Part shown: positions 35,907 to 45,787 of the stretch, piece after piece
How positions within the stretch are numbered: the first letter of the stretch is position 1
Layout of the letters: each line of letters starts with the position of its first letter
Assembly: GCA_938015925.1 (NCBI GenBank)
Contig: CALLVY010000588.1
Location: 9,046-73,045, forward strand
Direction: 5' to 3'
Length of the DNA stretch: 64,000 nt
DNA from: an uncultured Saprospiraceae bacterium
Lineage (GTDB): Bacteria > Bacteroidota > Bacteroidia > Chitinophagales > Saprospiraceae
Notes under the pieces: generated by a model
The model's input: the letters and a program-made list of their open reading frames with translations, nothing else
What the model was told of the DNA's origin: nothing
Databases searched by the model: none
Program-made: the position numbers and the translations under genes

Positions 35907-37307
35907 TTAGTTCGACGGTTCCATCAATAAGTTCTTACTCTGTGGCCTTTCTTTAAAAATAGTGGTCAGTAAGAGATAGGCGATGAATGTAAAGTAAAGT
36001 GCTTTTGGAAGGAAAATGGGTTCATACCAAAATCCTTTTATAAAGTAAAAGACAATAATTAGCGTGACGTATTTTTTGAGCCCTGTTGATTCAAAGTAAG
36101 ATTTATGTAGCCAGGCCATAAGTGCCCCTAAAAGATAGGCGAAAAAGAAAAGCCCGACAATTCCAAAATTAGCGTAAATGGGTGCGAAGATAAAACAGCC
36201 GCCATGATATCCAGCGGAATATTTATATAAATCATCACTGAAAAAATGAGGCCGTTTAAGTCCAAGTATTTTAAGTACATCTGAAGGAATCAAACTATAG
36301 GAATAGCTCTTAAAAATTTCGCCGCGTTGAAGTCCATAAAAGGGTTGATCTACCAAGTATACCGCCGACAACATGGTCGTATAAATATTTCCAGATCCAG
36401 CAGGAGCAGAAACAATATACTGGCCTACATCTCTTTCCGAAGCAGAATTAAAAGCATTCGAAATTTGTTTAAAGCTTGCATTCGTTATTCCTCCTTTCGC
36501 ATTTCTAAGACTACCGAGCAAGAATAACATCAGCCCCAAAGAAAGCCCAAGAAGTAAGGAAGGTATTTGTGCTCTTAACTTTTTCCCAAAAAATAAATCG
36601 ACAAATAAAATTGAAAATATCCCAATGAGCTCTGTTCTACGAGAGTGAAGCAATAGGTATACAGATCCAAAAATCGTAAAAGCCCAGAAAAGAGCCACCT
36701 TAATTTTATGTGTAGAAAGTCCTTGATATTTTTTATAACACATAAACAAACCCACCCAGGTAATGGACATAAAAACGCCTGCCAGAGTCCCTCCCATTTT
36801 CGCTCTACCCTTAATGGTGTCGGTATAGCTCCCTGCCAACAAAGATGGTCCTGGTTCTGCGATATAACAGCAGAACAAAAAAAGGACTCCAAATAGAAAG
36901 AGCGGAATTCTAAATTTATCGAGGCTATGCCTGACGTGTGATTTATATACTTTTGCCTTAGCAATGAGTGTCGCGGTAAAAATAGCGATCGAAACAAATA
37001 AAATTTTTGTTGTAAAGATCACCAAAGGTAAATCCTCTTGTAATTCAATATCGACCCAAGAGTAATAGATAGAATCGACAAAAAATAATGCAAAAAAAGG
37101 TAAGGCGGTAATAAAGATTATAAACACGCCCGCAAAAGAGGGAATGCTAATGAGCCCGAAATTCACAAAAATTAGAGCTAGAAAAAAGAGCGTTCCTCCA
37201 CTATACCATTTTATTAAGGCTCTCTCCGTTCCTGGAACGTTGAGTACCATTAAGGAGAAAAAGAATATCGCGAAGAAAAAGAATAATTTTTTTTTGTTAA
37301 ATTTCAC
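35907..37307 (-). CDS. Polytopic membrane protein, putative Wzy-type polymerase / O-antigen-ligase-like protein
   Basis: 466 aa, at least 10 hydrophobic segments, and a larger loop near residues 270-340. It is the only such protein in the locus. No diagnostic motif, so the call rests on context. Confidence 0.45.
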   Translation of the reverse strand: MKFNKKKLFFFFAIFFFSLMVLNVPGTERALIKWYSGGTLFFLALIFVNFGLISIPSFAGVFIIFITALPFFALFFVDSIYYSWVDIELQEDLPLVIFTTKILFVSIAIFTATLIAKAKVYKSHVRHSLDKFRIPLFLFGVLFLFCCYIAEPGPSLLAGSYTDTIKGRAKMGGTLAGVFMSITWVGLFMCYKKYQGLSTHKIKVALFWAFTIFGSVYLLLHSRRTELIGIFSILFVDLFFGKKLRAQIPSLLLGLSLGLMLFLLGSLRNAKGGITNASFKQISNAFNSASERDVGQYIVSAPAGSGNIYTTMLSAVYLVDQPFYGLQRGEIFKSYSYSLIPSDVLKILGLKRPHFFSDDLYKYSAGYHGGCFIFAPIYANFGIVGLFFFAYLLGALMAWLHKSYFESTGLKKYVTLIIVFYFIKGFWYEPIFLPKALYFTFIAYLLLTTIFKERPQSKNLLMEPSN

Positions 37308-37364
37308 AGGAAAAAAGAAAAATCAAGTTTTGTATAAAAGATACTTTAAGTGATCCGGAGTAGA

Positions 37365-39122
37365 TTAATTCGTAAAATTATTCTCTATGCGTATTTGGCT
37401 ACTCTTTTTGTTCGCTGTTTGTTGAATCCCCATAAGTGTTCCATCAATTAAAAAATTAGAATGAATACTTACAGATCGAAGTGTTCCGATATTTCCGGTA
37501 AAAGCTTTTTTAGATTTAAAAGTATTACCTGAAATTAAAGAATTACTTAAACCCACTGATAGATTAATCAAATCATTGGGACTGGACAATTCATTATTAA
37601 TAATTTTCAAACCATTATTTTTTCCGGAGATCATGATCTTTCCAGCTTTGTTGTTGGAAATAGTATTTCCTGTTCCTTTTCCTAAATTTATAAAAGTAGG
37701 GATGGGAGTAATTTTATTAGGATCCTGAAAAGTATTTTGAGAAAAGATACAATGATTGGCAAGGTTCATTTGGATGGCATAATTTTTACAATTAGAATCT
37801 CCAAAAACACTATTGTCTGAAAAATTTAAATTTTCAATGGCATAGTTTCCTTTCCACAATAATACTGGTTGATCAAAACAAAAAAAGGAGGTTCTCAAAT
37901 CATCTCCCTGTTGAGAATTCTTTAAAATAAAAGAATTATTTTTTATGATCGTATTGGCATTTTTTCCTGCGGCTCCCTTGGATTCTTTTTTCCTGTCAAT
38001 GATTTCAATTTGAGGCCCGTTAACTCTGTAATAAGTATTGCCAATCACTTTTGTATTATTAGAATATTCAATCAAACATCCACGAGGTCTTTGTCCTTTT
38101 ATTTTTTGGTGAACATAGAAGATGGAATTATTGCTAAAGGTATTCCCATAAGAATAAACACCTCCCCCATCAGCAGCATCCGTATCTCTAACGATCATAC
38201 CATAGTGGACATCTTTTATGATATTCCCGGAGACAATACAAAACTGGGATCGGTTCAATATTGGCCCATTACACGCTGCATTATTTTCTCCATCAAAAAT
38301 ACAATCCGTAATAAAGCATTGGGTAGAAGATTCGATAACCGCCAACTGTCTTGCTTTTTCTCGTCCGGTGAAGGTGCAATTAACGAATCCACACCTTTCA
38401 TTCTTTCCATACATCGTGGCATTTCCATCTTTACAACCTCCAATTTTGCACAAAGATGCAATGCAGTTTTTATTGGTGTTTGTAAAATTCAGTCCGGTAT
38501 CTTTACAATCATACACGGTACATTCTTTTACCAAAGAATTGGCAGAGCTAATAAATTTAATGCCAGAACCCAGCCTTTCAATTTTAATATTATCTATGGT
38601 AATATTATCAGATTTATTTACCAAAACCCCCGCGACCAGCTCTGCCTTAGGGATTGATTTTTGAAGACTTTCAATTGAAATATTCGATATGTTTATGCTG
38701 TTAGAATTATTTATACTAAAAACACTTCCATAAAAATTAATCGCGGTATGCGCATCCACAATAATTTGGCTTCCTGCTTCTCCTGATATGGAAAAATTAT
38801 TTAGGTTATCAATTTTTATACACGCATTTACTTTTTTGTTTTTTCCATTTATTTTTAACTGGTAATTTGCAGAATAAATGGGTTTTAGCAAATAGGTGCC
38901 TTTTGGAAAAAACAAATTTTTATTGTTCTTTTTACAGAAAGATAAGGCACTTTCTATGGCTTTGGTGTCATCCGTTTTTCCATCGCCTTTCGCTCCAAAA
39001 TCTGTAACGGAGGTCACATAAGAAGAAGAATTTAATGGAGCCTTTCCCGCTGTTTTGCAATTGCAGGCACTCAACATTAAGAGGATCCAGGTAATGTTAT
39101 TTATAAAAAAAGTTAACTTCAA
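37365..39122 (-). CDS. Right-handed parallel beta-helix (pectate-lyase-superfamily) lipoprotein
   Basis: Lipobox-like 'ILLMLSAC'. 'VTDFGAKGDGKTDDTKAIESAL' is the N-terminal signature of the pectate_lyase_3/GH28-like family. Many Asn/Gly-rich ~22-aa turns ('NITIDNI', 'ISNNS', 'IKNNSF'). TTG start. Confidence 0.65.
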   Translation of the reverse strand: MKLTFFINNITWILLMLSACNCKTAGKAPLNSSSYVTSVTDFGAKGDGKTDDTKAIESALSFCKKNNKNLFFPKGTYLLKPIYSANYQLKINGKNKKVNACIKIDNLNNFSISGEAGSQIIVDAHTAINFYGSVFSINNSNSINISNISIESLQKSIPKAELVAGVLVNKSDNITIDNIKIERLGSGIKFISSANSLVKECTVYDCKDTGLNFTNTNKNCIASLCKIGGCKDGNATMYGKNERCGFVNCTFTGREKARQLAVIESSTQCFITDCIFDGENNAACNGPILNRSQFCIVSGNIIKDVHYGMIVRDTDAADGGGVYSYGNTFSNNSIFYVHQKIKGQRPRGCLIEYSNNTKVIGNTYYRVNGPQIEIIDRKKESKGAAGKNANTIIKNNSFILKNSQQGDDLRTSFFCFDQPVLLWKGNYAIENLNFSDNSVFGDSNCKNYAIQMNLANHCIFSQNTFQDPNKITPIPTFINLGKGTGNTISNNKAGKIMISGKNNGLKIINNELSSPNDLINLSVGLSNSLISGNTFKSKKAFTGNIGTLRSVSIHSNFLIDGTLMGIQQTANKKSSQIRIENNFTN

Positions 39123-39160
39123 ATTGATTTATTATTTTAAGGATGGATTAGCAAAAGTTT

Positions 39161-39949
39161 CTAAAACCAGTTCTTATCTTTTTCGTATCCCGCAAGAATT
39201 AATTCATTTCCGCCAAGTTTGTTAAAGACTTCACAAGCTTCTTGATTGAAATTATTTTTCCAATCCCCTGCGATTCCTTTACGCAGAAAGCTTTTTTTAT
39301 TTTCTGTACCAGGCTCTCTTTTAGTTTGATTTTTGAAAGAGTATTTTTCTACAATCTTTCCAATTTGTTCCCGATCGTGATTGATGCCAAGGAAAGTCAT
39401 CGAAGCAGACAATTCTGCCTGAGCATCTTTTAATAAATTTTCGTAAGTAACCAGATATATATTCTCATTTTGAAGGTAGGAATTTACAAAATCACTCCAC
39501 GAAAAATGAAATCGTCCTGCAGCATAATCTGTGAACATATATTCAATAAACCGAGGCATATTAGATTGTATATCTTCATATTCTTCAAAGTGCAGGCGCG
39601 ACCTATGATATTGGATGCTGTAGGATGGATTTCTATCGTGCTCAAAAAGAAAATGATAATAAGCCGAAACCATTACATCTCGTCCATCCCGAAGAACCGC
39701 TAAGGTTTTTCCAAACGAAGGTTTATATAAAAAATGGCCATGTATAATGCATCTTTCAAAATTGGGACTGACATTTCTTGGAAAAGGAATGCTCGTCGCA
39801 TCGGAAAACATCTGACAAAACCAGGAGCCTCCTGATTTTGGAAACTCTGGCACTAAAACCAGATCGAGAGGCTTTCTAAGGTATTGCCTCATCAATAAGC
39901 GTTTCGCTGCAGCTAGCCTAACTTGGGTTTTGGAACGAGTATCTTTCAT
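39161..39949 (-). CDS. PAPS-dependent sulfotransferase (Sulfotransfer_1-like)
   Basis: 5'-PSB 'FPKSGGSWF', 3'-PB 'VLRDGRDVMVSAYY', and C-terminal 'RKGIAGDWKNNF'. Confidence 0.8.
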   Translation of the reverse strand: MKDTRSKTQVRLAAAKRLLMRQYLRKPLDLVLVPEFPKSGGSWFCQMFSDATSIPFPRNVSPNFERCIIHGHFLYKPSFGKTLAVLRDGRDVMVSAYYHFLFEHDRNPSYSIQYHRSRLHFEEYEDIQSNMPRFIEYMFTDYAAGRFHFSWSDFVNSYLQNENIYLVTYENLLKDAQAELSASMTFLGINHDREQIGKIVEKYSFKNQTKREPGTENKKSFLRKGIAGDWKNNFNQEACEVFNKLGGNELILAGYEKDKNWF

Positions 39950-40018
39950 ACAGCTTATAGTTTTTCCTTGAGTCTACGTTTTTTATATAATTCGAACAGT
40001 CAAATATTATCACAACAA

Positions 40019-40957
40019 TCAGAAAGCGTGTCGGATTTTTTTAAAGAAGAAAGTAATCGCTTTATAGAAAAAAAGTTGAACAGAATATTTACTTTCTCTT
40101 TGTTTGCAAATCAGGTAAGACTCCACCTTTCTTAATTTCATAAGCGTATTGTACTTCCCATCAAAGAAATCATTTACCGTATTATAGTAGTACAATCTAT
40201 TTTTATACCTGCGTTGAGGATTTCTTTTTTGGTTAGATACGCTACCAATATTCCTCCTATAGGTGGCAAAAAAATCGCTATGGAATTTTATTTTTGAATC
40301 TTTGGCAGCCAATACCACTACTGCCTGATCTCCAAATGGAATATCCGAAAACCATTCTGGTAAAGTAAAATTATTTCTAAATACAAAGGTGGAGGTGTGA
40401 GAAAAAAGTTGTCTTAAATAATCTCGAATAGAATAAGTATCGTTTTTTGCAGGGTCTACTATTTCTTTTTTCTCTGTCGTTTTTCCTGTTTTATCTTCTA
40501 AAACGGTTACTCTGCCCACCGATAGACCATAGTCTGGATGAGCTTCTAAAAAATCAACCTGCTTTTGTAATTTATCAGGATCCGTCCAAAAATCATCTCC
40601 TGGTAATAAAGCAATATATTTTCCCTTGGCCGCTTTAAAATTTTCAATAAAATTAAATCGACCGGTCGGATGATCATTGATATAAATCACATCCTCTCGT
40701 CTTCTCAAATGAAGGTTTATTTTTTCGGGAAACTTATCTGCATAATCAATACAAATCTGACGCGTATCATCTGTACTATTATCTTCCCCAATAATAATCT
40801 CTATTGGGAAATTCACTTTTTGTGCAAGAATGCTATCTAAGCAGGGACCTATAAATTTTCCATGATTATAAGTCGGTACGCAAATGGAGACGATAGGATT
40901 TGATGGCGTTGTTGGATTTCCGTAAAGTGGATTAAAGACACTCTCTTCTCTGTTCAT
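40019..40957 (-). CDS. Glycosyltransferase family 2
   Basis: 'VSICVPTYNHGKFIGPCLDSILAQ', 'GEDNSTDDT' and 'LLPGDDFW'. Confidence 0.75.
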   Translation of the reverse strand: MNREESVFNPLYGNPTTPSNPIVSICVPTYNHGKFIGPCLDSILAQKVNFPIEIIIGEDNSTDDTRQICIDYADKFPEKINLHLRRREDVIYINDHPTGRFNFIENFKAAKGKYIALLPGDDFWTDPDKLQKQVDFLEAHPDYGLSVGRVTVLEDKTGKTTEKKEIVDPAKNDTYSIRDYLRQLFSHTSTFVFRNNFTLPEWFSDIPFGDQAVVVLAAKDSKIKFHSDFFATYRRNIGSVSNQKRNPQRRYKNRLYYYNTVNDFFDGKYNTLMKLRKVESYLICKQRESKYSVQLFFYKAITFFFKKIRHAF

Positions 40958-40971
40958 TAACTAATTCATTT

Positions 40972-41805
40972 CTAGTTTTGAAAATTTTCATCTAAAAAGA
41001 CAGCCAAAGATGGTTCACTTAGACTTGCCTTGATTTCCTCTTCTATTTTTGGATGAAGTTTCCCCTTCCATTTCGTCACTACCGATTTATCTTTAAAAAC
41101 GGAGTAATCGCTGGTATCGTTTTTCTGATTAGAGGATAATAAAAATTGCTTCGTATTCTCGTCCATTTCAAGATTAGAAAACTTCAAAAGTTTGGAAACT
41201 TCTTCCAATGGATTCAATACCATTTTATCATAATGAGCGATGTAAACCTGATCCGGATACTGCTCGCTGAGACGGAGGTATTTTTTTGTCAGAAGAAGCC
41301 AATCTTTAAATCCCCAATATTCATGTCGGTTAATTTTCCTGCAATCCCCTGTATACCATTCTTCTAAAGGATCTGCATCTTTAGGAAACTCCTTGGCGGA
41401 TTTCAACCAGGAATAAATAGCGGCACATGGATTCCTGACGATATAAACTACTTTGGGTTTTGATGGAAGTTCCAATACTTTTTCCAGTACTTCATGGTAG
41501 CGAACATCTTTGATCACCAAGTGCTCAGGGATCCTTGCTTTGTCTTTAGTGAGTGGAAAGTCTCCTTTTTTTCTACGCTCCTCCTGAAGCAAAAATGCAT
41601 CTTTAGAATTATAAACATTTACAAAAAAATCCTGCCACTCCTCATTCGATGAATCCTCGTTCACTGCATTTTTAAACGCATAGGAGAAAAGAGGAGCCAT
41701 TCTGAATGTCGTGGTAGAAACACTATCGAATATTTGACTTACCCAACTCGTACCAGATCGAGGTAATCCACATAACCAAACAACATTGAAGGGTAAGCTT
41801 TCCAT
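40972..41805 (-). CDS. Sulfotransferase-family protein (P-loop-like PAPS site)
   Basis: 'CGLPRSGTSWVSQIF' (5'-PSB) and 'YIVRNPCAAIYSW' (3'-PB-like R...S). Confidence 0.65.
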   Translation of the reverse strand: MESLPFNVVWLCGLPRSGTSWVSQIFDSVSTTTFRMAPLFSYAFKNAVNEDSSNEEWQDFFVNVYNSKDAFLLQEERRKKGDFPLTKDKARIPEHLVIKDVRYHEVLEKVLELPSKPKVVYIVRNPCAAIYSWLKSAKEFPKDADPLEEWYTGDCRKINRHEYWGFKDWLLLTKKYLRLSEQYPDQVYIAHYDKMVLNPLEEVSKLLKFSNLEMDENTKQFLLSSNQKNDTSDYSVFKDKSVVTKWKGKLHPKIEEEIKASLSEPSLAVFLDENFQN

Positions 41806-41822
41806 CTATTTCTAAAGTATTC

Positions 41823-42728
41823 TTAATTTAATAATCTAAGTGTTCCGGTAATAAAGACAGGCAAGTCAAACTGCTCGGTCAGAAGGTTTGCTTTCTGCTC
41901 AACTTCTTCTCCCGAGAGAGACTTAGGAAAAATATAGCCCACACAAGTTCCACTATGGGTATTCAAAAGGCCAATAGCTCCTGTATCCTTATAGGTCTTT
42001 AGTATTTTCGTTCGAAAAGGATCCTTAGCCCGGTTGTTGAAAATCTCAAAAGATTTAGTTGCACACTTGGCTATTCCAATATCATCTTTATTCTTGAAGC
42101 TTTCAATGAGGTCATGATAGAGGAGATCATATTCCTGAGAACACTGTGGGGTGAAGTTTAGATTATGATTAAAAGAAACGGTATCTACTACTCCACCCAA
42201 GTCTACTGCAACCACCCAATAAGATGGAATGTATTCCAAATCTTTAATCAAATGCCCTTTACGGTGATTATAGATGATACACGATTTATACATTAATCCA
42301 TCATGAGGTTCTATGGAAATAAAAACTTCAGAAATCGTTTTGTTGCGTAATAAAAAACCAAAAATTTCTTGTAATGCTCTAACCGTTGAAAGCATATCAG
42401 CAGTACTAGAACTCAAGCCTTTTCCCACAGGAATATTTCTGCTAAAAGATATCGTCAATTCTACATCTTGGGTGATTCCTAATTTTTCGAGCAGCCTTAA
42501 AGCGACATCCTTTGATTTATATAAATCACAGTTGATTACTAGTGGCCCTTTTCTCTTGACGCAAGTCAAATTGCAGATAGACCAAAGGTCTATAGGCAGG
42601 GTAACCAGAAAATCTTCTCCCGAAGATAATCGCCCTTGAACAATCTCTCCAAAGCTAGAATGAGATTTGCCATAACCTACAAAAATAGGGGTATTGTATA
42701 CGGTGGTTTGGTAGCTATTTCTAAACAT
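41823..42728 (-). CDS. GHMP-family kinase of the PduX (L-threonine kinase)-like branch
   Basis: 'SSFGEIVQGRL', 'NIPVGKGLSSSTADMLS' (GHMP motif II), 'ISIEPHDG' and 'LLNTHSGTCVGYIF' parallel the Salmonella PduX segments as I recall them. Confidence 0.65.
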   Translation of the reverse strand: MFRNSYQTTVYNTPIFVGYGKSHSSFGEIVQGRLSSGEDFLVTLPIDLWSICNLTCVKRKGPLVINCDLYKSKDVALRLLEKLGITQDVELTISFSRNIPVGKGLSSSTADMLSTVRALQEIFGFLLRNKTISEVFISIEPHDGLMYKSCIIYNHRKGHLIKDLEYIPSYWVVAVDLGGVVDTVSFNHNLNFTPQCSQEYDLLYHDLIESFKNKDDIGIAKCATKSFEIFNNRAKDPFRTKILKTYKDTGAIGLLNTHSGTCVGYIFPKSLSGEEVEQKANLLTEQFDLPVFITGTLRLLN

Positions 42729-43693
42729 TATTTCTTAATTAATTTCTGAAGCTTTTCCATATTTTTCCATCCTGAATCTCCCATGATTGCAACCACATCT
42801 CCTTCGATATTATGTCGTTTACAACACGCTAAAGCAGCATGAACAACTCCCCCACCCTGGAAACCTACGAAGATTCCCTGATCTGCCAATTGGATTGTTT
42901 TTTCTTCCGCTTCGTGTTGATGCACTTTCTCCGTATCATGATACAATCCAGTATCCATCATCTTCTGAATAAAGGGAGTGATATAATCTCCATCGTCAAA
43001 TCCTCCTGTTCCTGGAATCTTTGTGCCTGCGGCCGCTTGCGAAGTAAATATTTTTGTATTTGGACTTTGCTCTCTCAAAAAGGTAGAGGTACCCAACATA
43101 CTTCCTCCAGATCCCATTGATCCAATTACCGCAGCTACCTTTGGAAATGCCTTGAGAATTTCTGGTCCTAATGTTTCGTAAGAGGCTTTAGGGTTTGCCC
43201 AATTATGCAACTGGTCCAAAAAGCAATATTTCTCTTGCCCTTCTTTTGTTTTCATGATTTCCGCACAACGTCGGTTTCCCTCCACCGTAATATCTCCATG
43301 TACCGTACAGGTAGCACCAAAATATTCGATGAAATTTTTCTTGTCTTCCGTGAGCTTTGTATTACAAATCACTTCTACTTTGTACCCTAGCTGGCGGCCA
43401 TAGTACGCCAAGGCGCAAGCCATGTTTCCACTACTGGCATCCAAAATTGTTTTCCCTTTTACTAAGTCTCCATTTTCCTCTGCAGCTTTAATATTATACG
43501 TTGCTGCCCGATCCTTGATACTTCCAGAAGGATTTAATCCTTCGTGCTTTATATATAAATTTACATTTGGAAGTTCCTCCTGTTGGAAAAGGAAGTATGG
43601 GGTATTGCCTATAGAATCCATAATTGATTGATAGATTCGAGGCTTCTCATCGCTTTTGAAGTTTGAAGAGGGTTGTTTTGTTAAAAGATCCAT
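42728..43693 (-). CDS. Fold-type-II PLP enzyme (cysteine synthase / threonine synthase / SbnA-like, PALP family)
   Basis: 'NPSGSIKDRAA' (PLP lysine), 'DASSGNMACALA' (Asn loop) and 'SMGSGGSMLG' (phosphate loop). The stop overlaps the kinase start (TAATG). Confidence 0.75.
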   Translation of the reverse strand: MDLLTKQPSSNFKSDEKPRIYQSIMDSIGNTPYFLFQQEELPNVNLYIKHEGLNPSGSIKDRAATYNIKAAEENGDLVKGKTILDASSGNMACALAYYGRQLGYKVEVICNTKLTEDKKNFIEYFGATCTVHGDITVEGNRRCAEIMKTKEGQEKYCFLDQLHNWANPKASYETLGPEILKAFPKVAAVIGSMGSGGSMLGTSTFLREQSPNTKIFTSQAAAGTKIPGTGGFDDGDYITPFIQKMMDTGLYHDTEKVHQHEAEEKTIQLADQGIFVGFQGGGVVHAALACCKRHNIEGDVVAIMGDSGWKNMEKLQKLIKK

Positions 43694-44561
43694 GTTGATG
43701 AAGGTATTTGAAAAGATTCCATAATTCGTTCAAATTTTCTTCTATTTCTTCTATTTGAACTTGATTTTTACTTCTAAGTATATTTAAAAATTGGTGAAAA
43801 ATAGTAATCCCTTTTTCGTCCAGGATCTCTAAATTTAATTTTTCCCAATTCTCTCTAATTTCAGCTTTTTTCTTAACCGGAAACCAAAAATCATCTGACT
43901 GATCGGTTTCCTTAAACTTTTGTTCGGTCGCCACTTTCATAAATCCTTCCAGGCCATTGAACATTAAAGCTCTAAGTAAAATGGCTTCGTAATTATGCTC
44001 TGTAATTATTGCAATGGCATTTTGCTTAATAAGCGCAATGGCATTTTGCATGGAAGAAAAAGTTTTTTCTCCCATATAGTAAAAAACATTGATTGCTAAA
44101 AGGGCATCCAGTTGTTCTTTTTCAATAGGAATGTCATCAAGACTAGAATGAATCAGTAACACTTTTTCTTCTAGTTGATGTTTCTTTAAATATCCGGCCA
44201 GGGATTGCAAAGGAACATGATGGGCATCCAAGGCGATTACTTTTTGAAAACCCTGCTCTAATAAAAACTGGGTGAATCTACCGTCGCCACAACCTAAGTC
44301 TGCGACTACTGCATTTTGGGGATCGAGATGTTCAAGATAGGTACTAATGATTTCTTGATAAAAAGGCGTCTCCCAACCTGCCTGGTGTAGTTCAAATTGA
44401 CTTAATTCCCGAAGGTTCGCACCTTTAGGTTTGCTATCATGAAACTCAATTCCGGAATTCTTTTCTACCTTTCCCTGGTAGATTCCAAATTCATCTGGCT
44501 CTGATTGACTTAGTAAATCATTATTAAGAAGCTGGTGTTTCCAATTCAAGTCTTTCAGCAA
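43647..44561 (-). CDS. Class I SAM-dependent methyltransferase
   Basis: 'VVADLGCGDGRFTQFLLEQGF' (motif I) and 'DALLAINVFYYM'. TTG start that overlaps the ATP-grasp stop. Confidence 0.65.
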   Translation of the reverse strand: MLKDLNWKHQLLNNDLLSQSEPDEFGIYQGKVEKNSGIEFHDSKPKGANLRELSQFELHQAGWETPFYQEIISTYLEHLDPQNAVVADLGCGDGRFTQFLLEQGFQKVIALDAHHVPLQSLAGYLKKHQLEEKVLLIHSSLDDIPIEKEQLDALLAINVFYYMGEKTFSSMQNAIALIKQNAIAIITEHNYEAILLRALMFNGLEGFMKVATEQKFKETDQSDDFWFPVKKKAEIRENWEKLNLEILDEKGITIFHQFLNILRSKNQVQIEEIEENLNELWNLFKYLHQHGSFNKTTLFKLQKR

Positions 44562-45777
44562 AATTGTTCTTTTTTAATTTAATTAAAATATCGTCTTTTA
44601 AGTTCGTTCCTAGTAGTTCTTGCATTTCCTCAAAGCTATCATACTTAAGCAGTAACAAACCAAGTCGGCATCCAGAGTTGATAAACTTATTTACCGGGTC
44701 TCCTGGTTTAACCGATAATACGGACTGATAAATTATTTTTTCTTTGATTCTTTCTGAAATATCTAAACTTTCAAAAACGCCACTTTTATCAGAATGAATG
44801 ACATAATGAGAATAACATGCTCCTAAGCTTGTCCCTTCAACTGCTAAAATTGGATCGCCCATGCATTGCAAAATAGAAGAAGAAATCAGATCATAACCTG
44901 TATGATAATGAATAATATCATTGAGCATGTTTCCTCCATTGCGGGCCCCGATATCAATAACCATTGGGCGGCCATCTTCACATTCGATCACATCAACATT
45001 AAAGGTGCCCAATTTAATATCTACTTGAGCAAAGATTTTCTTTAAATCTTCTGATACCTCTTTGAAAAATTCTTTTGGCTTTGATGCTGGTAGAGAAATA
45101 GATCTTGGAACCAGACCATTAATCGAATCGTTAAAGTGAACATCTCCAAAACAATTGAAGACAATTTCTCCATCCTGAACCAATACATCTCCTGACATCA
45201 AAAATCCGTCTCTTTGAATGTGTTCTTCCAGAATAACTTTATCAATTCTGGAAAAAGAAACGCTATCCGTAAAATGCGCTTCCACCTGATCAATATCTTC
45301 TTTACCCAAAATGGTCACTCCTTTGCTACCGGAAGAATCAACAGGTTTTATAATGAATCGCTTTTGTTCTCTGTTCAGAATTTCAGCAATGTCAGCTCCA
45401 CTTTTCACTTCAAAAAAAAGTGGATAAGGTACTCCCGCATCTTTTTGAATTTGTCGAAAGGTTACTTTATCCGACAATAATTTAATGGCTTCAAAAGAAT
45501 TAGAAGGAATCCCCATTTTTTCTCCTACATAGGCTGCGGTAAGTGCTCCAGGATCGGAAGCATAAGAAGAGATACCGTCGATTTGTAGTTTTTGAGCGAG
45601 TTCGTAGATTTCCTCTAAAACGGTGGTGCTTACATTGTGGTACTCATCAGATATTTGATGACCCGGATTGTCCGGTTTATAATCTGCGGTAATCACATAG
45701 TAACCCAATTTTTTTGCTGCTTCGATGGCGGTCACCTGAATATCTGCACCACCAAGCATCAATAATTTTTTCTTCAT
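44524..45777 (-). CDS. ATP-grasp domain ligase
   Basis: 'KKLLMLGGADIQVTAIEAAKKLGYYVI', 'FIIKPVDSSGSKGVTIL', 'ILEEHIQ' and 'VIDIGARNGGN'. The ATG at 45777 is preferred over the listed TTG at 45825, which would overlap the DegT gene by 38 nt. Confidence 0.65.
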   Translation of the reverse strand: MKKKLLMLGGADIQVTAIEAAKKLGYYVITADYKPDNPGHQISDEYHNVSTTVLEEIYELAQKLQIDGISSYASDPGALTAAYVGEKMGIPSNSFEAIKLLSDKVTFRQIQKDAGVPYPLFFEVKSGADIAEILNREQKRFIIKPVDSSGSKGVTILGKEDIDQVEAHFTDSVSFSRIDKVILEEHIQRDGFLMSGDVLVQDGEIVFNCFGDVHFNDSINGLVPRSISLPASKPKEFFKEVSEDLKKIFAQVDIKLGTFNVDVIECEDGRPMVIDIGARNGGNMLNDIIHYHTGYDLISSSILQCMGDPILAVEGTSLGACYSHYVIHSDKSGVFESLDISERIKEKIIYQSVLSVKPGDPVNKFINSGCRLGLLLLKYDSFEEMQELLGTNLKDDILIKLKKNNFAERLELETPAS

Positions 45778-45787
45778 TATGGATCTA

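Noticed and set aside
38010-38664. Two plus-strand ORFs (215 aa and 148 aa) opposite the beta-helix gene
   Set aside because: They are antisense to a well-supported 585-aa CDS and have low-complexity Ile/Asn/Phe-rich translations typical of AT-rich antisense frames. No motifs.
41823-42728. Cobalamin-biosynthesis role for the PduX-like kinase
   Set aside because: No cob/cbi/pdu genes are present in 64 kb, and the gene overlaps a fold-II PLP gene inside a glycan operon. The MetH fragment at the window edge is unrelated in position and strand context.
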